In this document: in pieces, positions 37,532 through 47,109 of the stretch
How positions within the stretch are numbered: position 1 is the first letter of the stretch
How the letters are laid out: each line of letters starts with the position of its first letter
Program-made: the position numbers and the translations under genes
The notes under the pieces: model-generated
Told to the model about the DNA's origin: nothing
The model's input: only the letters and a program-made list of their open reading frames with translations
Databases searched by the model: none
DNA from: a virus
Lineage: Duplodnaviria; Caudoviricetes
IMG/VR virus record: IMGVR_UViG_3300029288_003134
Location: 28,559 to 92,558 of that record
Length of the DNA stretch: 64,000 nucleotides
Reading direction: 5' to 3' (one strand)

Positions 37532-37758
37532 TATTCTTCCTCTCTGGCCTTTGCTGCGGCCTCAGCGGGACGCTTAAAATCTGTTTCGTAAAACCCGCTT
37601 CCTTTAAAGATCACACCACTGCCAGACCCAATTAAGCGAACTAAGGAGTCTTTCTTACACTTTGGGCACGCCTTGAGCTTAGGTGCAGTAATAGATTGCA
37701 TCTCCTCAAAGGCGTGCTTACATTCAGAATTTTGGCACTCGTAATTGTACGTGGGCAT
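37531..37758 (-). CDS. FmdB-family zinc ribbon protein
   Basis: MPTYNYEC…C…CPKC…IFKGSGFYETD. Confidence 0.9.
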   Translation of the reverse strand: MPTYNYECQNSECKHAFEEMQSITAPKLKACPKCKKDSLVRLIGSGSGVIFKGSGFYETDFKRPAEAAAKAREEE

Positions 37759-37968
37759 TATTGGCCTTTCTTCGGAGTCAGAAAAAAATCACCCCGAATG
37801 ATTCCCCTTAAAATCGTATCACCTTGCCGAATGAAACAACCATTGGCATCTGTAATTGCAATTTCAGCGATATTTTGATCGGGGTCAGCCCAAAGAACAT
37901 TCGGAATAACCCGATTATCCCACTTACAAACGAGTTCTACAAAAACTGTAGTTTTAGATTGTAACATA

Positions 37969-38115
37969 TTACTTCACAACTTTCTCGGCATAAATATAAG
38001 CCGCCGCGCAGACTGCCAACAAAACAACCTGGATTGGATGGGTGGAGATCACCGTAATAGCGACGATACCGCCAACCACACAAGCCACAACCTTTACAAT
38101 CGTAACTTTATCCAT
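37969..38115 (-). CDS. Small two-helix membrane protein (holin-like candidate)
   Basis: Manual translation MDKVTIVKVVACVVGGIVAITVISTHPIQVVLLAVCAAAYIYAEKVVK; GGAGG RBS. Confidence 0.45.
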   Translation of the reverse strand: MDKVTIVKVVACVVGGIVAITVISTHPIQVVLLAVCAAAYIYAEKVVK

Positions 38116-38148
38116 TTAAGTCACCTCCTCGCACGAACACTCAACAAT

Positions 38149-38631
38149 TTACTTGTCCAGATTAGTCTCTTTATCCAACGGAGACTCTTTATCATCAACT
38201 TGCCCATTATTCAAATTACGGCAGGTCTTGAGAATATCATCAGCCGACTTCAAAAGACCCTCGATATGGGCCAGCACACGCCGCTCATCTGCAACAATAA
38301 AAGCAGCTTCCATCTTACTCGCGCCATCCGTAAACTTAATTTGACCCTCAGATTCCTCAGCACGAACCTTCAACTCCATGTAGGCCGCAAGCTCCTTATT
38401 GCGCTTCAAAGCCTCGACCTTACTGAAGATTTCCTGAAGCTGCGATTTATGCCCCGCAATACGCAACTGCAATTCATTGATCTTGTTCATATTATTCGGG
38501 TCAAGCTGGAAGCATAACTTACGAGCATTCTTTGTAGCCTCTTCCAAGGGCTTGAGAGCCTGCATAATTTTAACAAGAGCGGGAGAATTATCCTTCTGAT
38601 ACGTGGCGATTAACTGTTTGAGTTCAGCCAT
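38149..38631 (-). CDS. Helical protein, possibly UvsY-like recombination mediator
   Basis: Coiled-coil with 'FTDGASKMEAAFIVAD'; RecA is present in the window. Confidence 0.35.
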   Translation of the reverse strand: MAELKQLIATYQKDNSPALVKIMQALKPLEEATKNARKLCFQLDPNNMNKINELQLRIAGHKSQLQEIFSKVEALKRNKELAAYMELKVRAEESEGQIKFTDGASKMEAAFIVADERRVLAHIEGLLKSADDILKTCRNLNNGQVDDKESPLDKETNLDK

Positions 38632-38655
38632 TCCTTTTCTCCTTTATCAATTTAC

Positions 38656-39870
38656 TTAGTCCATCTGCTTATCTTTTGTCTTACCTTTACCGATTGGGCC
38701 CAGATTGAAGAAGAAGGCTCGAATTTCATCCTGAGTCAAAATCTCCATCGTGGCTCCGGCCAACAAGCGGGCAATGCGGGCTCGGTCATAATTCAACTTA
38801 GTCCCTAAAACATGGGAGGTTATTACCGTGTCCTCATTTTTGAAACCCTTATGGGCAATGACCAACGTATAAAGGTGAGCCTCATACTCCAAGATTGGCA
38901 TAACAACATTTTCCAGAAAGCGGGCCTTTTGTTCGCGGGCATTCAAAGACCCCACATCCTGCACCAAGTTGAGCATGAAAGGCGGAACCTTAAAAACCGA
39001 GGCGATCTTCAAACCAATCCAACGCTGAAGCTCGATAATCTCCGCAGCGGTCAGATAAGGAATGTCTTTGAAATCGGCCTTCTTATTGATACCCATGGCC
39101 TTTGCGCCCTCTTCGACCAAACCATTTGTATATTCAACAAAGCTTTCCAAATCCTTACGATTGATCTGGGAGCCTTTCTCGAAAGACAAGAAAAATGGTT
39201 TGTAGAAACCTTTCTTGAGGAAGTCCGTTAATTTCTGCGTGGATTCTTTATCAGCGGTCAAATCCAGATAGGCCCGATTCAGCGGACTCTGCCCGAGGGT
39301 AGAATCACTGTCTTGGTCTATGCAGAAGTGTAAGACTTCTTTATCAGTAAGCTCAATGATCTCACCGGATTCATCGGTTTTAAACTCAGAGGAGCTTCCG
39401 ATCTTCAGAAAAACATAGGTCTGGGGCTCTTTATCCGTTACCCGCAAAGTATAGCCGGGAACGACCACCAAACCATTCGGCTTGCTGCCCTTCATCGCTA
39501 CAACGCAGGCCCCATTACCCCAACGGAGCATGTCCTTGAGGTACTTTTTTCTTATCATAAAGAGCGGGTCTTTTGCTGAGGGATACTGCAAGAAAGCCTC
39601 GATCTTATCGTCCGTCGGAGAAGTGAACAGTGGATATTTCACAACCTCGTCTACGATAGTGTTGATACAGGTCTCCGCCCAAACAGTCGAAAAGATCAAC
39701 TGACGGATAGTGTCAACACCATACGGAGTAGGGGCATCATAGGTGGCAGAGACTCCGCCAAAACCTACGGCCTTTGATCTATCCCGTACCTGTTCCGTTG
39801 GCTTCAAACGGACTTCACCCTTTGGCTTCCGAGCCACATCATTTACACCTTCTGTTATACGTTTTACCAT
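38656..39870 (-). CDS. Portal protein (HK97-like)
   Basis: DMLRWGNG, EVLHF, LGQSPL, IASVFKVPPFML, LTQDEIR. Confidence 0.9.
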   Translation of the reverse strand: MVKRITEGVNDVARKPKGEVRLKPTEQVRDRSKAVGFGGVSATYDAPTPYGVDTIRQLIFSTVWAETCINTIVDEVVKYPLFTSPTDDKIEAFLQYPSAKDPLFMIRKKYLKDMLRWGNGACVVAMKGSKPNGLVVVPGYTLRVTDKEPQTYVFLKIGSSSEFKTDESGEIIELTDKEVLHFCIDQDSDSTLGQSPLNRAYLDLTADKESTQKLTDFLKKGFYKPFFLSFEKGSQINRKDLESFVEYTNGLVEEGAKAMGINKKADFKDIPYLTAAEIIELQRWIGLKIASVFKVPPFMLNLVQDVGSLNAREQKARFLENVVMPILEYEAHLYTLVIAHKGFKNEDTVITSHVLGTKLNYDRARIARLLAGATMEILTQDEIRAFFFNLGPIGKGKTKDKQMD

Positions 39871-39885
39871 TTGTACTTCCTCCTT

Positions 39886-41649
39886 TTATCTACCCGCTAC
39901 TTCGAGCGGAGTATCGTCTATTTCCTCGGTCATCGAACTTGCGATACCAGCTAAACAGTCTGAAATATCTTTCGACCCGAGATTTAAACCCTCTTCGCGC
40001 ATACGCCACTTTGATTTCCGAGGGTGATCTATTTTTTTGCTATCGGTTACAATTAACTCTGTCAATTCTCGAATTACGGGCGGATACATGTAAAGAACCA
40101 GATCATCCCGATAGATATAATCTTTCAGGGTGTCATAGGGCCCGGTATCTTTTTCGAGCGAAATAACCTTGGCCTCAATCCCATGCTTCTCACAGATGTT
40201 TAGAAAGAGCTTTGAGTTCCATCCGTCAGCCGTGATCTTTACGATTGGAAACTTTAATTTCTTAAACAAAACCTTAATTACGAAGTCTAAAATGCCCTCC
40301 AAGTCAATCTCCTTTGGCCCTTCCTCGTCTGGTAATGGGGCCCTGATCTGCAACATGAGATCAACATAAATCTTTTGCTTATCAAGAATGCTGTAAGTAT
40401 GCGCTAAAGCTAGACCCGCACAGTCCACAACCCCACGGGATAAGTCGATATGCACATAGTATTGAGCACTTGAATGTCTCTCCCGCTCTGTCCGAATCCG
40501 GGCTTCCAAATCTTCCGAAGGATTCTTTTCGTACTCCTTTAACAAAAGATCAATCTCGTAAGTGGAATACGGCCTGAACCACGGCTCCAATTCCTCCTCA
40601 AGGATATTCCGAGTCCAAAAGCGGTCATAATCTGTGCCTTCCTCGGGCTCCATAATAAAAGGCGAGGGCCTATCCAGATTTACGCAGTCCGTGATCTTTG
40701 ACGCTTTCTTGATAAAACTGTTTGCTCGAAACTTCGGAATTTTGCACTCATACATCAGCATAGCCGTGGCGGGGTCTTCATCGTATTCTTCTTGATACGT
40801 GGACTGCTTTACAGTGTACTTTTTCAACTCTTCCGGGCAGTCTGCCGCATTACGAATTTCCCACGTGGCCGCCCGATCAAAGTATGTCTTGGCTGCTCCG
40901 CCTTCGGCCTTGTCAATCAAATAGGCCATGTAATCATTTCCTGAAGTTAAATAGGAGATGAAGAAGAGCTTGTAATACTGGGCGCAACGGGTTCTGGCTG
41001 AAGTCTTAATGTGTTTGTGAATCTCCACGGCTTTGTCAAAGCGGAACGTGCCGATCTCGTCAAAAATAGCGAAGATAACATTCATACCTTCAGCTTTAAA
41101 CTCCTTTGAATTCAATGACCAGCAACGAATATTTTTTGGGAAGAGCACGCCGCCCTTCAAGATCGCCTTATCCAAATCCATGCCGAGGGACTCGAAAAAG
41201 TTCTTTCCTGTTACGGGGTCGATTGCCTCCCGAATCTTCCGCTTAAATTTTTCAAAGAACACATTTTGGGCCTGAGCCGCATCGAAAGATACGTTGACAA
41301 TATCAATCGGTTCACCAGACTTAATCCCGAGGTACTCAGCAGGGTCATTTAAACAGCAGAGCCAATAAACCAGATAGCAAACAAGCTCCGAGATTGTCAA
41401 GTCCTTGCCACTGCCTTTGCCCCATGCCAAGATGAACTCATTAAACTTATCTGAAATATCCTCAATCGCATTCATAAAGGAGGCATCCACGGCCTTTTGC
41501 TGCCGGGGGAAGAGCGGGGTTTTAAGCCAATCCTTAAAAAAGACTGAGGGCGGGACAGGCTGAATAGCGAACTTCGAGGCTTTTACCTTACTCGTTTGTT
41601 CGGCATCAACCCAAAAACCATCCCATACATTTTTTACTTCATCACCCAT
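39886..41649 (-). CDS. terL: Terminase large subunit
   Basis: Walker A GKGSGKD, Walker B IFDE, RNase H-like nuclease HIDLS…ADGWNS…KIDHP…KDISD. Confidence 0.9.
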   Translation of the reverse strand: MGDEVKNVWDGFWVDAEQTSKVKASKFAIQPVPPSVFFKDWLKTPLFPRQQKAVDASFMNAIEDISDKFNEFILAWGKGSGKDLTISELVCYLVYWLCCLNDPAEYLGIKSGEPIDIVNVSFDAAQAQNVFFEKFKRKIREAIDPVTGKNFFESLGMDLDKAILKGGVLFPKNIRCWSLNSKEFKAEGMNVIFAIFDEIGTFRFDKAVEIHKHIKTSARTRCAQYYKLFFISYLTSGNDYMAYLIDKAEGGAAKTYFDRAATWEIRNAADCPEELKKYTVKQSTYQEEYDEDPATAMLMYECKIPKFRANSFIKKASKITDCVNLDRPSPFIMEPEEGTDYDRFWTRNILEEELEPWFRPYSTYEIDLLLKEYEKNPSEDLEARIRTERERHSSAQYYVHIDLSRGVVDCAGLALAHTYSILDKQKIYVDLMLQIRAPLPDEEGPKEIDLEGILDFVIKVLFKKLKFPIVKITADGWNSKLFLNICEKHGIEAKVISLEKDTGPYDTLKDYIYRDDLVLYMYPPVIRELTELIVTDSKKIDHPRKSKWRMREEGLNLGSKDISDCLAGIASSMTEEIDDTPLEVAGR

Positions 41650-41651
41650 TT

Positions 41652-42554
41652 TTATAACTCCACATCGTCTAAACTGGATTCAGTCGATTCGGGCTGCGTC
41701 GGTTTAGGCTCCTCCACTTTAGGTGCCTCTGTGTTATAGGGGTAGGTTCCAGCGGGCCATTCTTGTGTCTTTACCGCGACTGTCGGAACCTCGGCCTGTG
41801 CTCCTATCTTTGGCTTCTCTGGTGTCGCTTCAACAGGCCTATCCAAAATTTCGGCATCCACCACATCTTCTGTCCGTACAGCCTGCACGTCTATTGCCCG
41901 TAATCTTTGAAAGGCATATCCTCTGCGGTCTTCTGGAATCAAATCCATAATGATCTCGCGGATAACCAACATGACCGTTTTTAAGACTTCAATAGAAACA
42001 TAATTCTTATCAATCAACTGCTGCGGGTTAAAGAGGCCCAAGAGCTTTGACTCCTTCTCAACCCTATCCAAGATAGCCTTTAAGGTATCAATTCGCTGTG
42101 ACACATAGGTGGAAACTCTGGGCGGCCTACTGATAAAATCCAGTGCTCGGCGGGCCTGCCGGATTGCTTTCTGGTCATCACCCTTCTCAACTTCAGCTAA
42201 ATGGGCCTTTGCCACCTTTACTTCGCGTTCCCAATCTGCAACGATTTTATTGCTTGCTTCCACACGGTCTTCGAGTTCTTTAAAAATGTCCCAGTATTTC
42301 GCCTTAGTAATGCTGATCTCATCGAGCATCTGCTCAACTTTAGCAAACTGTCGCTCCGCGAGATGGGGGTTATTTATGACCATCTTCGTGTACTTGGCCT
42401 GCAAAAATTGAACGTCAGACTCCACTGCATCATAACCCACACCGAGTGCAGTAGCAATCCCACTAATCGTTTTGCCCCTGAGATAAAGCTCTTTAACTTT
42501 CTCGCGCCGAGTTGTTATCTCGAATTTTGAGGGTCTTCCACCGGGATTCTTCAT
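41652..42554 (-). CDS. Probable terminase small subunit
   Basis: GGRPSKF N-terminus, HTH (TISGIATALGV), coiled coil, immediately upstream of terL. Confidence 0.65.
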   Translation of the reverse strand: MKNPGGRPSKFEITTRREKVKELYLRGKTISGIATALGVGYDAVESDVQFLQAKYTKMVINNPHLAERQFAKVEQMLDEISITKAKYWDIFKELEDRVEASNKIVADWEREVKVAKAHLAEVEKGDDQKAIRQARRALDFISRPPRVSTYVSQRIDTLKAILDRVEKESKLLGLFNPQQLIDKNYVSIEVLKTVMLVIREIIMDLIPEDRRGYAFQRLRAIDVQAVRTEDVVDAEILDRPVEATPEKPKIGAQAEVPTVAVKTQEWPAGTYPYNTEAPKVEEPKPTQPESTESSLDDVEL

Positions 42555-42882
42555 TTTTAATCAATCTCCAAATCAGTTTTCTACAGCTTACCCAACCCTT
42601 AATAAAATCTTCTGATTTCTGCTCTTTCGGTAAAACTAATTCACATTCCAAAACATGATACAAACCCAAAGCTCGGCCAATCTCCAAAAGAATGTCTAAA
42701 GTCTTCGCCTTTTTACGGTGCCCAATGCCCAGTTCAATCGCTATTTCCTGGTAAGTATAATTTGCCAGATAACACTTCAATACCTTTAACTGCAAAGGCG
42801 TAAGAAACTGCACCAAGTCCTCTGGCAATTTAGCGGCCTGGTATTGAAGTCTTCGGTTAGCTTTAATCTTTGATATTTTCAT
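42493..42882 (-). CDS. Sigma-70 region 4-like HTH protein
   Basis: LTPLQLKVLKCYLANYTYQEIAIELGI. Confidence 0.6.
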   Translation of the reverse strand: MKISKIKANRRLQYQAAKLPEDLVQFLTPLQLKVLKCYLANYTYQEIAIELGIGHRKKAKTLDILLEIGRALGLYHVLECELVLPKEQKSEDFIKGWVSCRKLIWRLIKNEESRWKTLKIRDNNSARES

Positions 42883-43168
42883 AATAAGCCGCAACATCCT
42901 TTGTGACTTTGACCAACATTTTTCTTGCGTTCAAAGCCCGAGTATACCGATTGATTAGATTACTCTTGAAAAACATGAACCAGTGATTTTTATTCTCCGG
43001 GTTCAGGCCGCGCTTAGGTGTCTGCAAAGTCTCCAAGTAAAGTACAACCAGATCGTGATAGAGGTCTTCTTTATCCTGCGTCGGGTCTCGCATAGAATCT
43101 GCAAAAACCTTAGCAAAATAGTGCATGATCTCATCAATTTCAGCGGGGATTTCCTTTATTCGTTTCAT
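42863..43168 (-). CDS. Sigma-70 region 2-like protein
   Basis: DKEDLYHDLVVLYLE…WFMFFKSNLINRY resembles ECF DAEDLxQE…WLxxIARNxxID; GGAGG RBS before ATG at 43168. Confidence 0.5.
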   Translation of the reverse strand: MKRIKEIPAEIDEIMHYFAKVFADSMRDPTQDKEDLYHDLVVLYLETLQTPKRGLNPENKNHWFMFFKSNLINRYTRALNARKMLVKVTKDVAAYYENIKD

Positions 43169-43898
43169 TTTTCTGACCTCCTTCCACAACAGCCGTAGGG
43201 GTAATTGAGCTCGTTCCAATCCTGTCCACCCCGAGCTTGAGGAGTGCGTTAATTTGCTCCTCTGTCCGAATACCACCGGAAGCCTTCATCTTTAACCGGG
43301 GCAGGCCCATGTCTGAAATAAGCAGTTGAAGATGCTGATACGATACCGTCAAGGTATTAAAATCCTGCACGAGGAGACCTGTATTTGTTTTGTAATAATC
43401 CGCGCCAGAATCCGCTATCAAACAATAAACTTCATACAGATTGATTCGACTCTTAATGAGAGTTCCAAGTTCCCCGATTACTTTAACGGGCTTCTTAAAC
43501 CGCTTTTTAACACCGCTCAAAAAACGATAAATCTTTTTGATCTTTCCTGTGGCGTACCATTGAATCGGAAATACGAGGTCGAGTTCATCGGCTAAGCCTG
43601 TATCAATAATGCGCTTGATATTCTCCACCTCTTGAACATTGTATTTACCAAGATGAATCGCCAGAGCCCGGCTAAACTGCGGGTTCATAAGCATAGGAAA
43701 CATGGCAATCGGGGGAAAGCCTGCAACTGTGATGAGCTTTAAATCTGGTCTCCGAACCTTCGCCGCGATTGAGAGCGTACCCGGCTGTAAACAAACTCCG
43801 GCATACCCGAGAGCATTGGCTTTTCCAACAAACAGCTCAATCTCTTTTGCGGAAGGTGATTTTAGATTTGTCAGCTCAATCTTATCTGCGTAACTCAT
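43140..43898 (-). CDS. deoC: Deoxyribose-phosphate aldolase
   Basis: TVAGFP, ADELDLV, GADYYKTNTG (Schiff-base Lys), KASGGIRT, RIGTSS. Confidence 0.85.
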   Translation of the reverse strand: MSYADKIELTNLKSPSAKEIELFVGKANALGYAGVCLQPGTLSIAAKVRRPDLKLITVAGFPPIAMFPMLMNPQFSRALAIHLGKYNVQEVENIKRIIDTGLADELDLVFPIQWYATGKIKKIYRFLSGVKKRFKKPVKVIGELGTLIKSRINLYEVYCLIADSGADYYKTNTGLLVQDFNTLTVSYQHLQLLISDMGLPRLKMKASGGIRTEEQINALLKLGVDRIGTSSITPTAVVEGGQKNETNKGNPR

Positions 43899-44065
43899 TG
43901 GTTATTCCTCCAATAAATCTTTCTTGAAATTCTGCTTACTCTGTCCTCTTTTGTAAACTTTTGCCGAGGGCTTAATTCGAGTAGCGGGATTAAACGCCCA
44001 AGATTTTCTCATACGTCGATATGCCGCCTCAGAACTCAGATCGTCTTCTTTAAAAGTCTTACCCA

Positions 44066-45100
44066 TCAGGCATTTCCAGAATAAACTTTATTGTTGAAAA
44101 TAAACTTACCATCAATAATCCGAATTAACTCCACATCAAAATAACCATTCGGGTAAGCATAGGCTACGGCAAAACCGTGTGTCCAAGCATTCGGACGATT
44201 CCGCATATAATCAGGGGCCAGGTCACAGAGACAGCCGATGTTATATCCCGCAAATGCGATAGCCCTAGCCGGAGATGCTGAAAGCTGCAAACCGAGTGTG
44301 TGGGTATGACCAAAAGCAATATTCACCTTGAGATCATCCAAATGCTTTTTAATCGTATTTCCACCCGCATAGATACCATGCGTCAAATAGAGGCGGCCCA
44401 TTTTAACGAGAGCATTGTACTGGTAAACTGAATATCCGCGCTCTTTAAGGAAGAGCATACTCTCCGGCTCAATTAAGCCCTGCAATGCGGGCATTTCTTC
44501 AACGAGCTGGTCTGCCCACTCTTCGTGGTTCCCTTTAAGGAAATGCTTCTGGCAGTTCTTTGGCAGACGTTTATCCAATTCGTCCAGTAGGGCGTTTCCT
44601 AAAATGTAGTCTTCTTTTAACCTCTTCATTTCCAAAGTTTTATGCTTGTTTTTGTTCCAGTGGGAAATACAGCCCAAGTCCATGTAATCTCCGACAATAT
44701 AAATTCTATCAAAGGAGACATCAGAAGCCAGTTGAAGAACGGACTTGCACGCCGCAATATTGTGATGCGGTACATGCGTATCCGGCCAAAGTAAAACAGT
44801 CTCAAATTTTCCCAGCTTTTTCGCGGGCCGCTTAGTTTTAGGTAGTGCCCAGATCAACTTGGCGGCCTTCTTAGCATCCTCAAAACCCGTATCATTTAGG
44901 GCGGGTAGATCAGCGTTATCCAGGAACTTTTCCGTATTCACCCGAGGAACAATATGCTGACTAAGATCATATCGCGTAATCGCCCCGCTCACGGCATCAA
45001 AGGAAACATTCATCTTCCGAGCGATCTCTCTCCGGTCTAGGCCATTTCTTAAATAAGTGGTGAGGATGTCGATATTATTCTGAGTCCAAAATTTTTGCAT
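44066..45100 (-). CDS. Calcineurin-like metallophosphoesterase with N-terminal HTH
   Basis: PDTH, GDYMD, GNHE, THG, GHTH. Confidence 0.85.
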   Translation of the reverse strand: MQKFWTQNNIDILTTYLRNGLDRREIARKMNVSFDAVSGAITRYDLSQHIVPRVNTEKFLDNADLPALNDTGFEDAKKAAKLIWALPKTKRPAKKLGKFETVLLWPDTHVPHHNIAACKSVLQLASDVSFDRIYIVGDYMDLGCISHWNKNKHKTLEMKRLKEDYILGNALLDELDKRLPKNCQKHFLKGNHEEWADQLVEEMPALQGLIEPESMLFLKERGYSVYQYNALVKMGRLYLTHGIYAGGNTIKKHLDDLKVNIAFGHTHTLGLQLSASPARAIAFAGYNIGCLCDLAPDYMRNRPNAWTHGFAVAYAYPNGYFDVELIRIIDGKFIFNNKVYSGNA

Positions 45101-45112
45101 AAAGGTAGTCTC

Positions 45113-45769
45113 CTAATAATTTAAGTCTGTAACGGCATTGCCGGATTCAAAGCACCAAATTAACCAATCAGCCTGTGCGACAGTCAAATTAAAAGTTTCG
45201 TGAGCCCAGACCCTAAAATGCTCCTCTAGTTTGAGGTAATTCGCAGGGCTTGTGGGTAAGCATTGTTGCTCATACTGTGGCATAAAACAAACCCGATATT
45301 TCAAAATATGTGTATCAATAATGGCGAGGTCTGTAACGCCCATATTCCGTAAGAAATGACTTGCTGCCTTTAAACCCATGCCGGAAACCCGCTGTACCAA
45401 GGCTTGCCGTAAATAGGCCCCGTCCACACTACCATAATTCTTTCGCAGATAAGCGATAAATCCCCGCGACATCTTTTTAAAACTGTGCAGCCGAATTGCT
45501 TTCTGCTCCGGGAATCGAATATAGGGCCTGAGCATTGTATACAGTGAGATCGAATCAACAGGCTTATTCTGATAGTCTATTGCTTGAAGCTGCTTGAGAC
45601 ATTCCTCGGCCCGCTTTGCGTTTCCGGCAGGCACTAAGAGACAGAACACTGCTCTATAAAAGAGGTCTGAATCCGTGTATTGATCGAACCTAAAGGTTTC
45701 TGCACAATGCTTAATTGCGGCCTCGCGGTTCTGCTCAACGTATTGTTTCAAAGCTTCCAGTTTACCCAT
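45113..45769 (-). CDS. Ogg2-like HhH DNA N-glycosylase/AP lyase
   Basis: FCLL…IRFPEQKA…GMGLKAASHFLRNMG…LAIIDTHILK…YLKLE…DWLIW. Confidence 0.85.
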   Translation of the reverse strand: MGKLEALKQYVEQNREAAIKHCAETFRFDQYTDSDLFYRAVFCLLVPAGNAKRAEECLKQLQAIDYQNKPVDSISLYTMLRPYIRFPEQKAIRLHSFKKMSRGFIAYLRKNYGSVDGAYLRQALVQRVSGMGLKAASHFLRNMGVTDLAIIDTHILKYRVCFMPQYEQQCLPTSPANYLKLEEHFRVWAHETFNLTVAQADWLIWCFESGNAVTDLNY

Positions 45770-45927
45770 GCCTAAAAGACCCCTAAAATTTTTAAGATCG
45801 CAGCCGTTCCCGCTATCCCACTGATGACGTTAAAGATTGTCCGCACTAACTCAAGCTTATGGTTGTGACGATCAATCCATTGTTCAAACTTGTCTCTTCT
45901 CGGTTTACGCATTTTATCCGCACCTCA

Positions 45928-45956
45928 AGTATACCATGAAATTTTAACTAAGTCAA
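45928..45956 (-). promoter_or_regulatory. sigma70-type promoter
   Basis: TTGACT-17 bp-TATACT (TGGTATACTT). Confidence 0.75.
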
Positions 45957-46640
45957 GTCTAATTCTTTTATTTTAAGCAGTAATTGAAAGAGCTTAGTTA
46001 AGTGTGAAAAGATCGCTCGAAAGTTACCCTCTTCCGCTGGGGTGTTCACGTACAACTCGACCTTTTTCTTAGAGTCTCGGGGAAGTAAAAGAACCCCTGA
46101 ACTGTAACCCTTCTTCCCTGTCCTTTTCTCAAACATGTCCCGATAGATACAGGACTGAATCTTATGGGATAGGCGGATTGCCTTGGACGTTTTAATATCA
46201 AGTACGATAGGGTTGCCAAACAGGGCCCCGATTAAATCTGCCGTGCCTGCGCTTTGGTAATCCGGGCTCTCATCCCACAGCGTCAACTCTACGGCCTCAA
46301 TCGTAAAACCATTCTGCTGTTCAAACTTTTTAAAGCGGCCCAAAACCTCGTGATCTGATTCTTTATGCTTAATCAAATAATCTTCAATGATCTCGTGAAT
46401 ATTGGTGCCCTCTTCAGCCAAGGAGTCCAAGAGTTTCTTATGGAAGACGAAACCCTCAAAAACCGTATCCTGGCTCAAGTTACCCTTACCCACGAGGTAC
46501 TTAATGGTCTGCATGACCGCCCAAAGAACGATCTTCGGCTTAGGTAGCAGCGTTAAAATAGAAGTCACAGAGGGCAGCTCTACGCCGGGCTTTACCCGAT
46601 AAAAGCGGTAGGCTCCGCGCTTAAAACGACTAACTTCCAT
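45948..46640 (-). CDS. PD-(D/E)XK exonuclease (Cas4-like/phage exo)
   Basis: PSVTSIL…GTNIHE…AGTADL…LDIKTS…Q…Y. Confidence 0.85.
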   Translation of the reverse strand: MEVSRFKRGAYRFYRVKPGVELPSVTSILTLLPKPKIVLWAVMQTIKYLVGKGNLSQDTVFEGFVFHKKLLDSLAEEGTNIHEIIEDYLIKHKESDHEVLGRFKKFEQQNGFTIEAVELTLWDESPDYQSAGTADLIGALFGNPIVLDIKTSKAIRLSHKIQSCIYRDMFEKRTGKKGYSSGVLLLPRDSKKKVELYVNTPAEEGNFRAIFSHLTKLFQLLLKIKELDLT

Positions 46641-47103
46641 TATTCTGCACCTTTTTCTTTAGGTATCGAATTTCTTTTTCAAGATCATTCTGATACCGTT
46701 CCATGTCCACAATAATCCGGGTAAACTTACGAACCATAGCCTCTTCCTCAACCTTAAAGGCTTTGAGTTTCTGTGGGATTTTTGCAATCTTTTCTTTACC
46801 CGCATCCTCCAAAAGAGCCTCTAATTTTGCCGTGTAGGGGGTAAGAAGAATATGCCAGAATTCGTGAATAACTGAATCCTCCAGAGAGCGGATTGTTCCG
46901 TGCATGGTCTCATTAACATAGACCGTGAATTCACGCTTCTTGTAATCATAGACTACTTCAGCGAAAAGGTCTTTATTTCGGCCTAACTGCACATTAACTT
47001 TCCAGTCTTTGTTAATGCGGAGCTTCTTCCTATACTCAAGGAATACTTCTCCTAAGACCTTTTTAAAGAATTCAATGTTATGACTTTGCCGCTTCATGGG
47101 CAC
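46630..47103 (-). CDS. Putative zinc metallopeptidase
   Basis: VIHEFWH (HExxH) with downstream EE. Confidence 0.55.
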   Translation of the reverse strand: MPMKRQSHNIEFFKKVLGEVFLEYRKKLRINKDWKVNVQLGRNKDLFAEVVYDYKKREFTVYVNETMHGTIRSLEDSVIHEFWHILLTPYTAKLEALLEDAGKEKIAKIPQKLKAFKVEEEAMVRKFTRIIVDMERYQNDLEKEIRYLKKKVQNNGS

Positions 47104-47109
47104 CCCAGT

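Noticed and set aside
45948-46640. Cas4 of a CRISPR system
   Set aside because: No cas1/cas2 or array, no Fe-S Cys set; an ordinary phage PD-(D/E)XK exonuclease
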